A stretch of 64,000 nucleotides of DNA from Myxococcales bacterium (GTDB lineage: Bacteria; Myxococcota_A; Polyangia; Polyangiales; Polyangiaceae). The position numbers and the translations under genes were made by a program. Shown here piece after piece: positions 55,670 through 64,000 of this stretch. Each line of letters starts with the position of its first letter. Within the stretch, counting starts at the first letter, position 1. The DNA lies in the NCBI GenBank assembly GCA_043747615.1, contig JAYTOU010000033.1:96001-160000 (forward strand), read 5' to 3'. A model generated the notes under the pieces. The model worked only from the letters and a program-made list of their open reading frames with translations, did no database searches and was not told the DNA's origin.

Positions 55670-57613
55670 TCAGGTGGCGTTGTGCATCAGGCGCTTCAAG
55701 GGAAGCACCAGGACGAAGAGCACCCCGGCACCGACGAACGAGGTGACGACGAAGAGATTGAAGTACTCGGTCGGAGAAATTTTTCCCCAGGTCTCGCCGA
55801 TGGCGCCGCCCGCGTATTGCGCCACGGAGCTCGACAAGAGCCAGACGCCCATGAAGAGCGACGCGAAGCGCGCAGGTGCCAGCTTAGTGACCATCGAGAG
55901 GCCCACCGGCGACAGACAGAGCTCGCCGAGCGTTGCCAGCAAATAGCTCAAAAATAGCCAGAACCCGCCGACGCGGGCGGCTTCGCTGTCCTTCGCGAGC
56001 TCACGAAGCGCGGACTTCCAGGCTGGCGGCGCGCCCTCCGCAAAGAGCTGGGTGCGCGTTGGCGCATCGATCGCTCCGGCAACGTGCAAGGTCTTCGTCG
56101 CCGGGTCCCAGGTGCCGAACGACGGCTTGTAGTCAGGTGGAGCGCCCTCCAGAACCTGGGTGACCGGTGACGCCGCCGAAGCCTTTTCCGAGGCCGCGAC
56201 CAGCTTCGTGATTGCTTCGGTGTACTTCGGATCGGCGCTCTCCTTGAGGGCGAGATTCACCACGTACGGCGGAAGCACTCCCTTCACCACCAGCTCGTGC
56301 GACGCCGGATCGTAGCGCAGTCGGCCCGCGTCCATCTTGGACACGTCGACGCCGCCCGGAAGGATCGCCAGCGGCGTCCGAGCCTCTCCGCGATTTTCGA
56401 AGATCGCCGCGCCGACCATCGCCAGGAACGAAAGGGCAATGAACACCATCGCGATGCCCATTTTCATCGGCGTCGACGGCTCTCGCTTTGCGCGCGCCAA
56501 ACGCACCCACATCCACGCGAAAATAGGCGCGAAGACGACGATGCAGACCGCGTTCACCGACTGAAACGACGCGGCCGAATAGGTGTAGCCGCCGAGGTGA
56601 CGGTCGGTGTGAAACTCCGCCCACAAGTTGAGCGCGTTGCCCGCCTGCTCGAAAGCCATCCAGAAGAGGACGACGAAAATGAAGAGCGAGAAAATGACGA
56701 TGCTCTTGTCGCGCGCGGCACCCTTGATGGTGAGGAGCACGGCGGCCATGGCCCCCGCGATGATCGAAAACGCGACCGGCATGAAGAGCTCGGTGAGGGT
56801 CGCCTGGTGATTGACGAGGAGATAGATGTACTTCGCAGGTACCGCCACGGCGATGAACATCATGAGAAACGGCATCACCTTGGCGACCACGCCGGCGGCG
56901 CCGCCAGCAGCCGGTTTCGCCTCGTCGGCGTCCGGCACTTTCTCTTCTGCGGCCTTTTCCGTGCCCACAGCGAGGGTGTTTCCCGCCGCAGCGACGTCCT
57001 TCATGATCTGCTTTTGGCCAAGAAGAAACGTACCGAGGCCGATCACCATGCCCACCCCGGCCGCGCCGAAGCCGTAGTGGAAGCCGTAGTGCGACTGCAG
57101 CCACTCGCCGCATACGAGGGGAGCGAGACCTGCTCCCAGGTTGATGCCCATGTAAAAGATGGTGAAAGCGCCGTCTCGCCGCGCGTCCCCTTTTTTGTAC
57201 AGCTTGCCGACGAGAGTGGAGATGTTGGGCTTGAAAAATCCATTCCCCAAAATAAGGAAGGCGAGCGCCGCGTAGAACATCGGGAGCGGCTCGAAGGCCA
57301 TCAGAAAATGGCCGATCGCCATGAGCACGCCACCAATGATGATCGCGGCTCGAAGCCCCAGATAGCGATCAGCGAGGAAGCCGCCGATGAGCGGCGTCAG
57401 GTAAACCAGGCTCGTGTACCACTTGTAGACCGCCGACGATTCCTGCGGTTGCCACCCGTGATGCTGCACCAGGTAGAGCACGAGGAGCGCGCGCATACCG
57501 TAGTAACTGAATCGCTCCCACATCTCCGTGCCGAAGAGGATGTAGAGGCCGCGCGGATGGCCCTTCGGGGTGTCGGCAGAGGCATCGAGCAGGTTTTCGG
57601 TGGTAGTGGTCAT
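55670..57613 (-). CDS. Proton-dependent oligopeptide transporter (POT/PTR, MFS)
   Basis: GHPRGL, EMWERFSYYGMRA (ExxER), GGFLADRYLG, GNGFFKPNISTLVG, FYMGINLG, GELCLSPVGLS; ATG at 57613. Confidence 0.95.
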   Translation of the reverse strand: MTTTTENLLDASADTPKGHPRGLYILFGTEMWERFSYYGMRALLVLYLVQHHGWQPQESSAVYKWYTSLVYLTPLIGGFLADRYLGLRAAIIIGGVLMAIGHFLMAFEPLPMFYAALAFLILGNGFFKPNISTLVGKLYKKGDARRDGAFTIFYMGINLGAGLAPLVCGEWLQSHYGFHYGFGAAGVGMVIGLGTFLLGQKQIMKDVAAAGNTLAVGTEKAAEEKVPDADEAKPAAGGAAGVVAKVMPFLMMFIAVAVPAKYIYLLVNHQATLTELFMPVAFSIIAGAMAAVLLTIKGAARDKSIVIFSLFIFVVLFWMAFEQAGNALNLWAEFHTDRHLGGYTYSAASFQSVNAVCIVVFAPIFAWMWVRLARAKREPSTPMKMGIAMVFIALSFLAMVGAAIFENRGEARTPLAILPGGVDVSKMDAGRLRYDPASHELVVKGVLPPYVVNLALKESADPKYTEAITKLVAASEKASAASPVTQVLEGAPPDYKPSFGTWDPATKTLHVAGAIDAPTRTQLFAEGAPPAWKSALRELAKDSEAARVGGFWLFLSYLLATLGELCLSPVGLSMVTKLAPARFASLFMGVWLLSSSVAQYAGGAIGETWGKISPTEYFNLFVVTSFVGAGVLFVLVLPLKRLMHNAT

Positions 57614-57719
57614 GGCGCGTCGACATGTGGAAACCAAGCGCCGTCGGCTGTCAAGCCGTGCGCGCTCGCTCGTCAAGGAATGCTCTTCTCCGTGCTGGGG
57701 TCGTCGTAGGCTCGGTGTC

Positions 57720-59171
57720 GTGAGCCGACCGGACAACGACGCAAGCGATGCGACCGCTCTTTCGCGATTGGGCTACGCGCAGGAGCTGGTGCGCCGCGTG
57801 GGCGGATTTTCGAGCTTCGCGATCAGCTTCTCGATCATCAGCGTTCTCACTGGCGTGATGACCACGTACGGGGTGGCGCTGGCCGGCGGAGGGCCCGCGG
57901 CGCTCGGCTATGGGTGGCCGATCGTGTGCGTGGGAACAATGTTCGTGGCCCTGGCGATGGCCGAGCTAGCGAGCGCGTTTCCGACGGCGGGCGCGCTCTA
58001 CCACTGGTCGGCGCTCCTCGGCGGTCCGGGGTGGGGATGGTTCACGGCGATGATGAACCTCGCCGGGCAGTGCGCCATCGTCGCCGCGATCGACCTCGGG
58101 TGCGCGCAGGCTCTCGCCGCGACGCTCCGCATTCCCACGTCGCTGACGATTCCAATCCTCGTGGCGATTCTCGCATCGCACGGACTCATCAACGCTTTCG
58201 GAGTTCGCTTGGTCGCGTGGCTCAATTCATTTTCGGCGACCGTGCACATCCTCGGGGTGATCGTCCTCGTGGGCGCGCTCACCCTGTTCGGCCGTGCGCA
58301 GCCCGCATCGTTCCTGGGAATGACAGGCTTCACCACCCGCCCCGACGGCGTCTACCCGCTCGGCTTCTTGAACGCGCTCCTCCTCGGCATGTGGACGTTC
58401 ACGGGCTACGACGCGTCGGCCCACGTCAGCGAGGAGACGCACGATCCATCGCGCCGCGCTCCCTGGGGAATCGTGTCTGCGGTGGGCGTCAGCGCCGTCG
58501 CCGGCTATGCGCTCGTCGTGGCCCTCACCCTCGCCGTAAAAGATCTCGGCGAAGCAGCCAAGGACACACAACCTGCACTCTACATTCTTCGCGCGTCGTT
58601 CGGAGAGCGCGCGGGCAACGTGGCGATGGGCCTCGCGATCGTCGCCATGTGGTTCTGCGGTCTGTCTTCGGTCACCAGCGCGTCGCGCACGCTGTACGCC
58701 TTCGCGCGCGACGGCGGGCCGCCGGGATCGATGGTCCTGCGTAAGGTGAGCACGGCATTCAACACGCCGATTTCGGCGATCCTCGCGACGGTGATCATGC
58801 CGCTCGCGCTCGTGCTCGTCACTTCTCCCTTCAGCGACGCGGTCTTTCTCGCGGTGGCCTCGCTTGCCACGACCGGCCTCTACGTTTCGTACGGCACGCC
58901 CATCGCCCTCGGTGCCATCGCTCGGAAACGCGGCGTGTGGCGCCACCGCGGACCGTGGAACCTCGGTCGATGGGGAGCTCTCGTGGCATGGCTTGCCGTG
59001 GCCTGGTCGCTGGGTGTGCTGGTCGTCTGCTGCCTTCCCCCGAACGGAACCGCCGGATTCCTCCTCGCTGGAGTCGTGCTCGCGATCGTCGTCCTCTACG
59101 TCGCCACCGCGCGAGGGAAGTTCACGGGGCCGCGCGTGACAATCGCTTCTGTCGAAGAGGCCTCCAGGTGA
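57720..59171 (+). CDS. APC-family amino acid/GABA/polyamine permease
   Basis: LGYAQELVR..FSSFAISFSIIS, ELASAFPTAGALYHW, TGYDASAHVSEET, SRTLYAFARDG. Confidence 0.92.
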   Translation: MSRPDNDASDATALSRLGYAQELVRRVGGFSSFAISFSIISVLTGVMTTYGVALAGGGPAALGYGWPIVCVGTMFVALAMAELASAFPTAGALYHWSALLGGPGWGWFTAMMNLAGQCAIVAAIDLGCAQALAATLRIPTSLTIPILVAILASHGLINAFGVRLVAWLNSFSATVHILGVIVLVGALTLFGRAQPASFLGMTGFTTRPDGVYPLGFLNALLLGMWTFTGYDASAHVSEETHDPSRRAPWGIVSAVGVSAVAGYALVVALTLAVKDLGEAAKDTQPALYILRASFGERAGNVAMGLAIVAMWFCGLSSVTSASRTLYAFARDGGPPGSMVLRKVSTAFNTPISAILATVIMPLALVLVTSPFSDAVFLAVASLATTGLYVSYGTPIALGAIARKRGVWRHRGPWNLGRWGALVAWLAVAWSLGVLVVCCLPPNGTAGFLLAGVVLAIVVLYVATARGKFTGPRVTIASVEEASR

Positions 59172-59444
59172 TGCGGAAAGAAGGTCGGGAGTCGCCGACG
59201 CCCACGCGTCGTTGACCGGAGGCGTGCGCGTAGCCACTTGGACGCGAGATGGGCAGCGACGAGGGCGCTGATGATGTAGGCGCAGCGGAAGTTCTCGGCG
59301 ATGATGGCCGCGAGGTACTCCGTCCGAGGCACGTGGTGACCGTCTTCGTCTACGACGTGGTCCTCGATCGGCTCGAGCCGGCCTTCAAGGCGTACCTCCG
59401 ATTCGACGAGACACCGTTCCAAGGGGAGCGACATCCAACCCCTG

Positions 59445-60374
59445 ATGGCCGAGAAGAAGCAGGCGGCGGGCGCGCCCGGGGAACCCTCGGAGAGTGACGC
59501 ATGGCCGAGGGTCGATCCTTCGCTCGATGACGTCAACGTGCGCTTCCACGCCGCATACGACGAAGCGCGACGGCACGCCGAGCGCTCCGGACCTGTGGTG
59601 GTGGTGCTCGCCGACAGTCTCGTCGTGTGCCGCGGCGACCATCGCCAAGAGATGCGGTTCACGCGTCCAGTGTTTCACGTCATCAAATCGGTGGCTCATG
59701 CCCCGCTCGCGATTTTCGCTCTCATGCATCCGAGGGGCACGCGTCCGATGGACTGGCCGACGCGGGACCGACTCCGGGTGACGAGAGACGTCTTGAAAGC
59801 GTCTCTGCCGCGCCTCGCTAACTGGGAGCTCGATCCCCAAGCCCTCGCGACGCTCACCGGCGTGGTCGAGCGCTCGCTCGCATTCGTCGAGGGCGTCATC
59901 GATCGCGGCCACTGTCGCGAGGACGAGCTCGACGACTTTGCGCGCGCTAGCGGGCCCGGGATGCTTCGGCTCACGGACGTCGCGACCCGCGTGCAGCTCG
60001 ACGCGCTCGCCGCGCAGACGACGGCGGTGCTCGACGCCATGACGGACGAGGAGCGGAGCACCTTCCAGGTGGTCGTCACCGGAGATCATCAGGCGCGGGT
60101 CCGGAGCCTCGGCATGCAGTACTTCACGAAGCTGCTCGGAGAAGCTTCCGGTGGCGAGCAGCGCGTCGCCTACGGTGAGGGTGTCGCCGACGCCGATGAA
60201 GCGATCGCTCTCGTCGGGACACGAAAGCTCGATCGGGCCATCGCTAGCGCGTTTTTTGGGGATCCGGAGCGGCTTCAGCGAGACGTTCTCGGAGACGCCG
60301 TGGCAAAGGTGCTCGCGGGGGGCGGCGTGGAAGCTCCGCCGTCGAGGGGCAATGTCACGCACCGTGGCGCGTGA
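59445..60374 (+). CDS. Hypothetical protein
   Basis: 309-aa ORF with natural composition, co-oriented 23 bp upstream of aceK. Confidence 0.72.
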   Translation: MAEKKQAAGAPGEPSESDAWPRVDPSLDDVNVRFHAAYDEARRHAERSGPVVVVLADSLVVCRGDHRQEMRFTRPVFHVIKSVAHAPLAIFALMHPRGTRPMDWPTRDRLRVTRDVLKASLPRLANWELDPQALATLTGVVERSLAFVEGVIDRGHCREDELDDFARASGPGMLRLTDVATRVQLDALAAQTTAVLDAMTDEERSTFQVVVTGDHQARVRSLGMQYFTKLLGEASGGEQRVAYGEGVADADEAIALVGTRKLDRAIASAFFGDPERLQRDVLGDAVAKVLAGGGVEAPPSRGNVTHRGA

Positions 60375-60397
60375 TGCACGCGTAGTCTGGCCGCACG

Positions 60398-62161
60398 ATG
60401 AGGATCTCCAACTACGACGCGATCCAGCCGGCGCTCTGTCTCGACATCGCGAGCGTGATCCTCGAAGGCTTCGACAAGCACTACCGCCTCTTCCGCGAGC
60501 GAAGCTCCAACGCCAAAGACCGCTTCGAGCGGTCCGACTGGAAGGCCGTGGTCGACGCCAGCCGCGCGCGCATCGGAATGTACGATTTGCGGGTCGCGGA
60601 GGCGGTTGACGCGGTGCGCGAGCGATTCCCGGACGCGGGCCGGGAAGACGTGCTCTGGCATCACATCAAGCTCGCGTTCATCACCCTGCTCTACGAGCAC
60701 GCTCAGCCGGAGTGCGCCGAGACCTTCTTCAACTCGGTCGCGCGACGCCTGCTCGACCGCCGCTACTACAACAACGACTGCATCTTCAGCCGCCCCGCAA
60801 TGTCGACCGAGCACATCGATGGCGAGCGGCCCACCTACCGTTGCTACTACCCGGACGATCCGACGCTCGGCGACGCGTTTCGCGCCATCCTCGAAGACTT
60901 CGGTCTCAAGAACGAGTTTGAGGATCTCCCGCGCGACATCGAGTACGTGCGCCGCGCCATCGCCGAGCATTTTCCCGACGGCTACAACCGACTCCGCAGC
61001 TTTCAGATTCAGGTGCTCTCGTCGCTCTTCTTTCGACAGAAGGCGGCCTACGTCGTGGCGCGCGTGCTCAACGGCACGAGGATCGATCCCGTCATCGTTC
61101 CGCTGCTCAAGAATGACGAAGGCAAGATCTACGTCGACACGATCCTGCTCGACAGCGAGAACGTCGGGCGCGTCTTCACGCTCGGCCGCGCCTATTTCAT
61201 GGTCGACATGGAGGTGCCGTCTGCGTACGTCGACTTCCTCGCGTCGATTGCGCCATGGAAGCCGAAGGCCGAGCTCTACACGGTCGTCGGCCTTCAAAAG
61301 CAGGGAAAGACGCTCTTTTTTCGGGATATGACCCGCCACCTGCGTCACTCGACGGACACGTTCGTGCTCGCACCAGGCACCAAAGGAATGGTGATGCTGG
61401 TCTTCACCCTGCCCTCGTACCCGTACGTCTTCAAGGTGATCCGCGACTGGTTCGAGCTGCCGAAAGACAGCGATCGCGGTCTCGTGGAGAGCAAGTACCA
61501 CTTCGTGAAGCACCACGATCGCGTCGGTCGCATGGCGGACACCCTCGAGTTCGCGCACGTTGCGTTTCCGAGGGCGCGCTTCGCACCCGAGCTGCTCGTC
61601 GAGCTGCTCCGCGTCGCACCCAAGACCATCGAGATCTCCGGCGATCACGTGATCGTCGAGCATCTCTACATCGAACGACGCCTCACTCCGCTCAACCTCT
61701 TTCTCGCGAACCCAGACAACGAGGCGCGCGTCTCCGAAGCGCTGGGCGAGTACGGCAATGCGATCCGGGAGCTCGCGAACGCCAATATTTTTCCGGGTGA
61801 CCTTCTCTTGAAGAACTTCGGCATGACGCGCTACGGACGGGTCGTCTTCTACGACTACGACGAGATCTGCGAGCTCACCGATTGCCGATTTCGCCGCTTG
61901 CCCAAGGCGCGCGACAACGACGAGGAGATGGCGAGCGAGCCCTGGTTCAACGTCGAAAAGAACGACATTTTTCCCGAGCAGTTTCCCACGTTCCTCGTAC
62001 CCAACGGCAGACCACTCGAGCTCTTCATGGCGCACAACGCCGATCTCGCCGACGCCGCATTTTGGGTGGCCGCTCAGGAGCGGGTGCGCGAAGGCGTGGT
62101 CGAGGACACCTTCCCCTACCCACAGGCCGTCCGCTTCAAGAACCGCTTCGGGTCGGAGTGA
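60398..62161 (+). CDS. aceK: Isocitrate dehydrogenase kinase/phosphatase
   Basis: ECAETFFNSV, GLQKQGKTLF, APGTKGMVMLVF, HDRVGRMADT, NIFPGDLLLKNFG, RVVFYDYDEI. Confidence 0.97.
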   Translation: MRISNYDAIQPALCLDIASVILEGFDKHYRLFRERSSNAKDRFERSDWKAVVDASRARIGMYDLRVAEAVDAVRERFPDAGREDVLWHHIKLAFITLLYEHAQPECAETFFNSVARRLLDRRYYNNDCIFSRPAMSTEHIDGERPTYRCYYPDDPTLGDAFRAILEDFGLKNEFEDLPRDIEYVRRAIAEHFPDGYNRLRSFQIQVLSSLFFRQKAAYVVARVLNGTRIDPVIVPLLKNDEGKIYVDTILLDSENVGRVFTLGRAYFMVDMEVPSAYVDFLASIAPWKPKAELYTVVGLQKQGKTLFFRDMTRHLRHSTDTFVLAPGTKGMVMLVFTLPSYPYVFKVIRDWFELPKDSDRGLVESKYHFVKHHDRVGRMADTLEFAHVAFPRARFAPELLVELLRVAPKTIEISGDHVIVEHLYIERRLTPLNLFLANPDNEARVSEALGEYGNAIRELANANIFPGDLLLKNFGMTRYGRVVFYDYDEICELTDCRFRRLPKARDNDEEMASEPWFNVEKNDIFPEQFPTFLVPNGRPLELFMAHNADLADAAFWVAAQERVREGVVEDTFPYPQAVRFKNRFGSE

Positions 62162-62168
62162 GTCGCCG

Positions 62169-63083
62169 CTATCGGCGCGGAGGTTGGGCGAAGCGAGGGT
62201 CCGCGCCCGGGAAGGAGCTTGCGGTGTCGCGGGTCTCGAGCTCGCGGTCCGTGTAAGCGGAGAACGTGTCGCCGCGCTCGGCGAAGAAGGCCACACCGAT
62301 CACGCCCACGTTGCGGGCGCTCCCGATCTGCGCGGCATACGAATCTGCGACGCGAGCGAAGCGGAACGCGGCGACGGCATCTTGGCTCTGCCGGAAACCG
62401 TCGATCTCGAGCGTGGCGAAGGGCATGAGAACGTAACCGCGGTTGCCAGGAGTACCCGGCTGCCCGTTGATGACGTCGAGACCATCGACGGTAGCAACGG
62501 TCTCGAAGCGGTGGCCGGTGTGGTTGGTGACAGAGATGGTGTAGCGCGCGCCGATCGTGCCCATGACGTACGTGCGGTCGCCGACGTGCGCGGCTTCGAG
62601 CGGCTCTCCGTTGCCGTCGCGAATCGAAACGCTGATGGCCCCACCCGCTGCGCTCACGTCGCGAAAATGCGGGGTGCGGTCGGCGTGGTAAGCGATGAGG
62701 GCAACGACGCCTGCGCGGTCGTTGTAGTGAAGGGCGGCGGCGGCGAAGGGGCGATCGCTGTCCGCGCGAACGAAGCTGACGTCGTGCACCCGCGAGGAAC
62801 GGCTCTCTCCCCACTCGGTGCCGAGGCCGGGCCGCTGGCGTGGCTCAGGAGCTGGGCTCACCGGCGCCGGTTGCCCGGAGACGCTCGCCGTACGGGGCGC
62901 GCTCGACTCGCTCAGCACGTTCACGGAGCCGCCCGCAGGCGCTCCATCGGCCACGGGAGCGTACCGCGCGGACAGCTGCGACGGACTCTCTGCCGCTTTG
63001 GACGAACCACGCATGGCGCTGCCGCCCCCGCAGCCAGTCAGCAGGAACATTACCAAGCAGCACCACGTCAGAAGCTTTTGCAT
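62169..63083 (-). CDS. Hypothetical lipoprotein
   Basis: LLTGC lipobox; GARYTISVTN..TVDGLDVI..GYVL..IDGFR..NVGVIGVAFFAE; GGAGG Shine-Dalgarno. Confidence 0.78.
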   Translation of the reverse strand: MQKLLTWCCLVMFLLTGCGGGSAMRGSSKAAESPSQLSARYAPVADGAPAGGSVNVLSESSAPRTASVSGQPAPVSPAPEPRQRPGLGTEWGESRSSRVHDVSFVRADSDRPFAAAALHYNDRAGVVALIAYHADRTPHFRDVSAAGGAISVSIRDGNGEPLEAAHVGDRTYVMGTIGARYTISVTNHTGHRFETVATVDGLDVINGQPGTPGNRGYVLMPFATLEIDGFRQSQDAVAAFRFARVADSYAAQIGSARNVGVIGVAFFAERGDTFSAYTDRELETRDTASSFPGADPRFAQPPRR

Positions 63084-63160
63084 CTTGTCCTCCGTAAGCG
63101 ACGGAAGCGCCCGTCGTATGGCTTCAACGGACGAGAAGCGTGGCCCTTACACCTTCGATT

Positions 63161-64000
63161 TCATTTTTGGGGCCGCCCTTGCTCTACCCTTGTTTCCAGC
63201 GTCAAAAGCAGGCTCTTCAGGTGCGGCTCACCCCCGAGCGGCGCGGGGAAATCATGGGGGTCGGGGAGATCCTTGATCTGCTTTGCCGCGCGGCCACACT
63301 GTCGGGTGGCGTCGCCGAGCGCCCTGCGAAACTTGGTGCGGTTGATCCCTCGGTGGTTCGTGCAGGCCAAGAGACGCCCACCCGGTGCAAGGATGGCAAG
63401 GGCGGCGATCGCGAGCTCGGTGTAGTCGCTCGAGGCAACGAAGCGGCGTGCGCGGGTCGTGGAGTAGCTCGGCGGATCGAGGATGACGAGATCGAAAGTT
63501 TCGTTCCTTCGCGCCGCCTTCGCCAGCCATCGGAACGCATCTTCGGCCACGAAAGAGTGCTCGCCGCGATCGAGGAGCCCAGCCTCCTTCATGGCGTCGC
63601 GACCGCGCTCGAGCGCAAGAGGAGACGCGTCGACACTCACCGTGCGAACCGCGCCTCCGGTCACCGCGGCAACCGTGAACGCACACGTATAAGAAAAAAG
63701 ATTGGCAACCGACAGACCCGCGGACATGTGACGCACGCTCACCCGGTTCGCGCGCTGATCGAGAAAGATGCCGGTGGAGAGGCCGTCCGCAAGACGCGCG
63801 CGGTAGGACACCCCTTCTTCGAGGACGGTCAGCTCCTCCGGCGCCGGCGAGCCCCGCACCGGCATCTTCGGCGCGACGTCCTCCCGATGCGTATCGACCA
63901 ACGTGTTGGCCTGCTTCGGACGAAGCTTTAAATAAATGCCGTCTGCACCGATGGCGTGCAGCTTATCGAGGACGCGCTCGCGCCGCGCTGGGTCGCCCCA
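63161..64000 (-). CDS. Class I SAM-dependent rRNA methyltransferase (RlmI/RlmK-like), 5' end outside the window
   Basis: STGIFLDQRANR, NLFSYTCAF, SVDAS, FDLVILDPPSY; frame stays open to base 64000. Confidence 0.9.
   Translation of the reverse strand, partial: WGDPARRERVLDKLHAIGADGIYLKLRPKQANTLVDTHREDVAPKMPVRGSPAPEELTVLEEGVSYRARLADGLSTGIFLDQRANRVSVRHMSAGLSVANLFSYTCAFTVAAVTGGAVRTVSVDASPLALERGRDAMKEAGLLDRGEHSFVAEDAFRWLAKAARRNETFDLVILDPPSYSTTRARRFVASSDYTELAIAALAILAPGGRLLACTNHRGINRTKFRRALGDATRQCGRAAKQIKDLPDPHDFPAPLGGEPHLKSLLLTLETRVEQGRPQK

Noticed and set aside
1..64000. CRISPR arrays, tRNAs, rRNAs, IS elements, integrases, prophage genes
   Set aside because: None seen by eye: no regularly spaced direct repeats, cloverleaf motifs or transposase/integrase signatures

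Overview
A GC-rich bacterial chromosome segment. Gene content points to Myxococcota, probably Polyangiaceae-like (inference): Hanks-type Ser/Thr kinases with TPR partners, an FHA-type sigma54 activator, Cys-rich lipoproteins and a bactofilin. Most of it is core or housekeeping DNA: RNase P RNA (rnpB), maf, ygfZ, kamDE, an lptD-like gene, a 3-methyladenine glycosylase opposite a yhaO/yhaN Mre11-Rad50-like pair, the rpoN-hpf-ptsN-hprK-rapZ-HPr-EI cluster, rpsO-pnp, two transporters, aceK and a partial rRNA methyltransferase. I saw no tRNA, rRNA, CRISPR array, transposase or integrase. The best candidate for an undescribed system is a three-gene envelope operon at 37.2-43.1 kb: a Cys-rich lipoprotein 5'-nucleotidase, a YhcR/ExeM-type OB-fold lipoprotein with no visible nuclease domain, and an outer-membrane beta-barrel. 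Together they look like a nucleic-acid/nucleotide scavenging module. Other notable points: a POT transporter with a tandem-repeat domain where mammalian PepT1/2 carry their extracellular domain; a DUF296 protein with a PcrA/UvrD-like C-terminal domain; a kinase-TPR-propeller operon collapsed by several deletions; a sigma54 -24/-12 site in front of rpoN itself; and structured rpsO and pnp leaders. All family calls come from recognising motifs by eye; no database searches were run.
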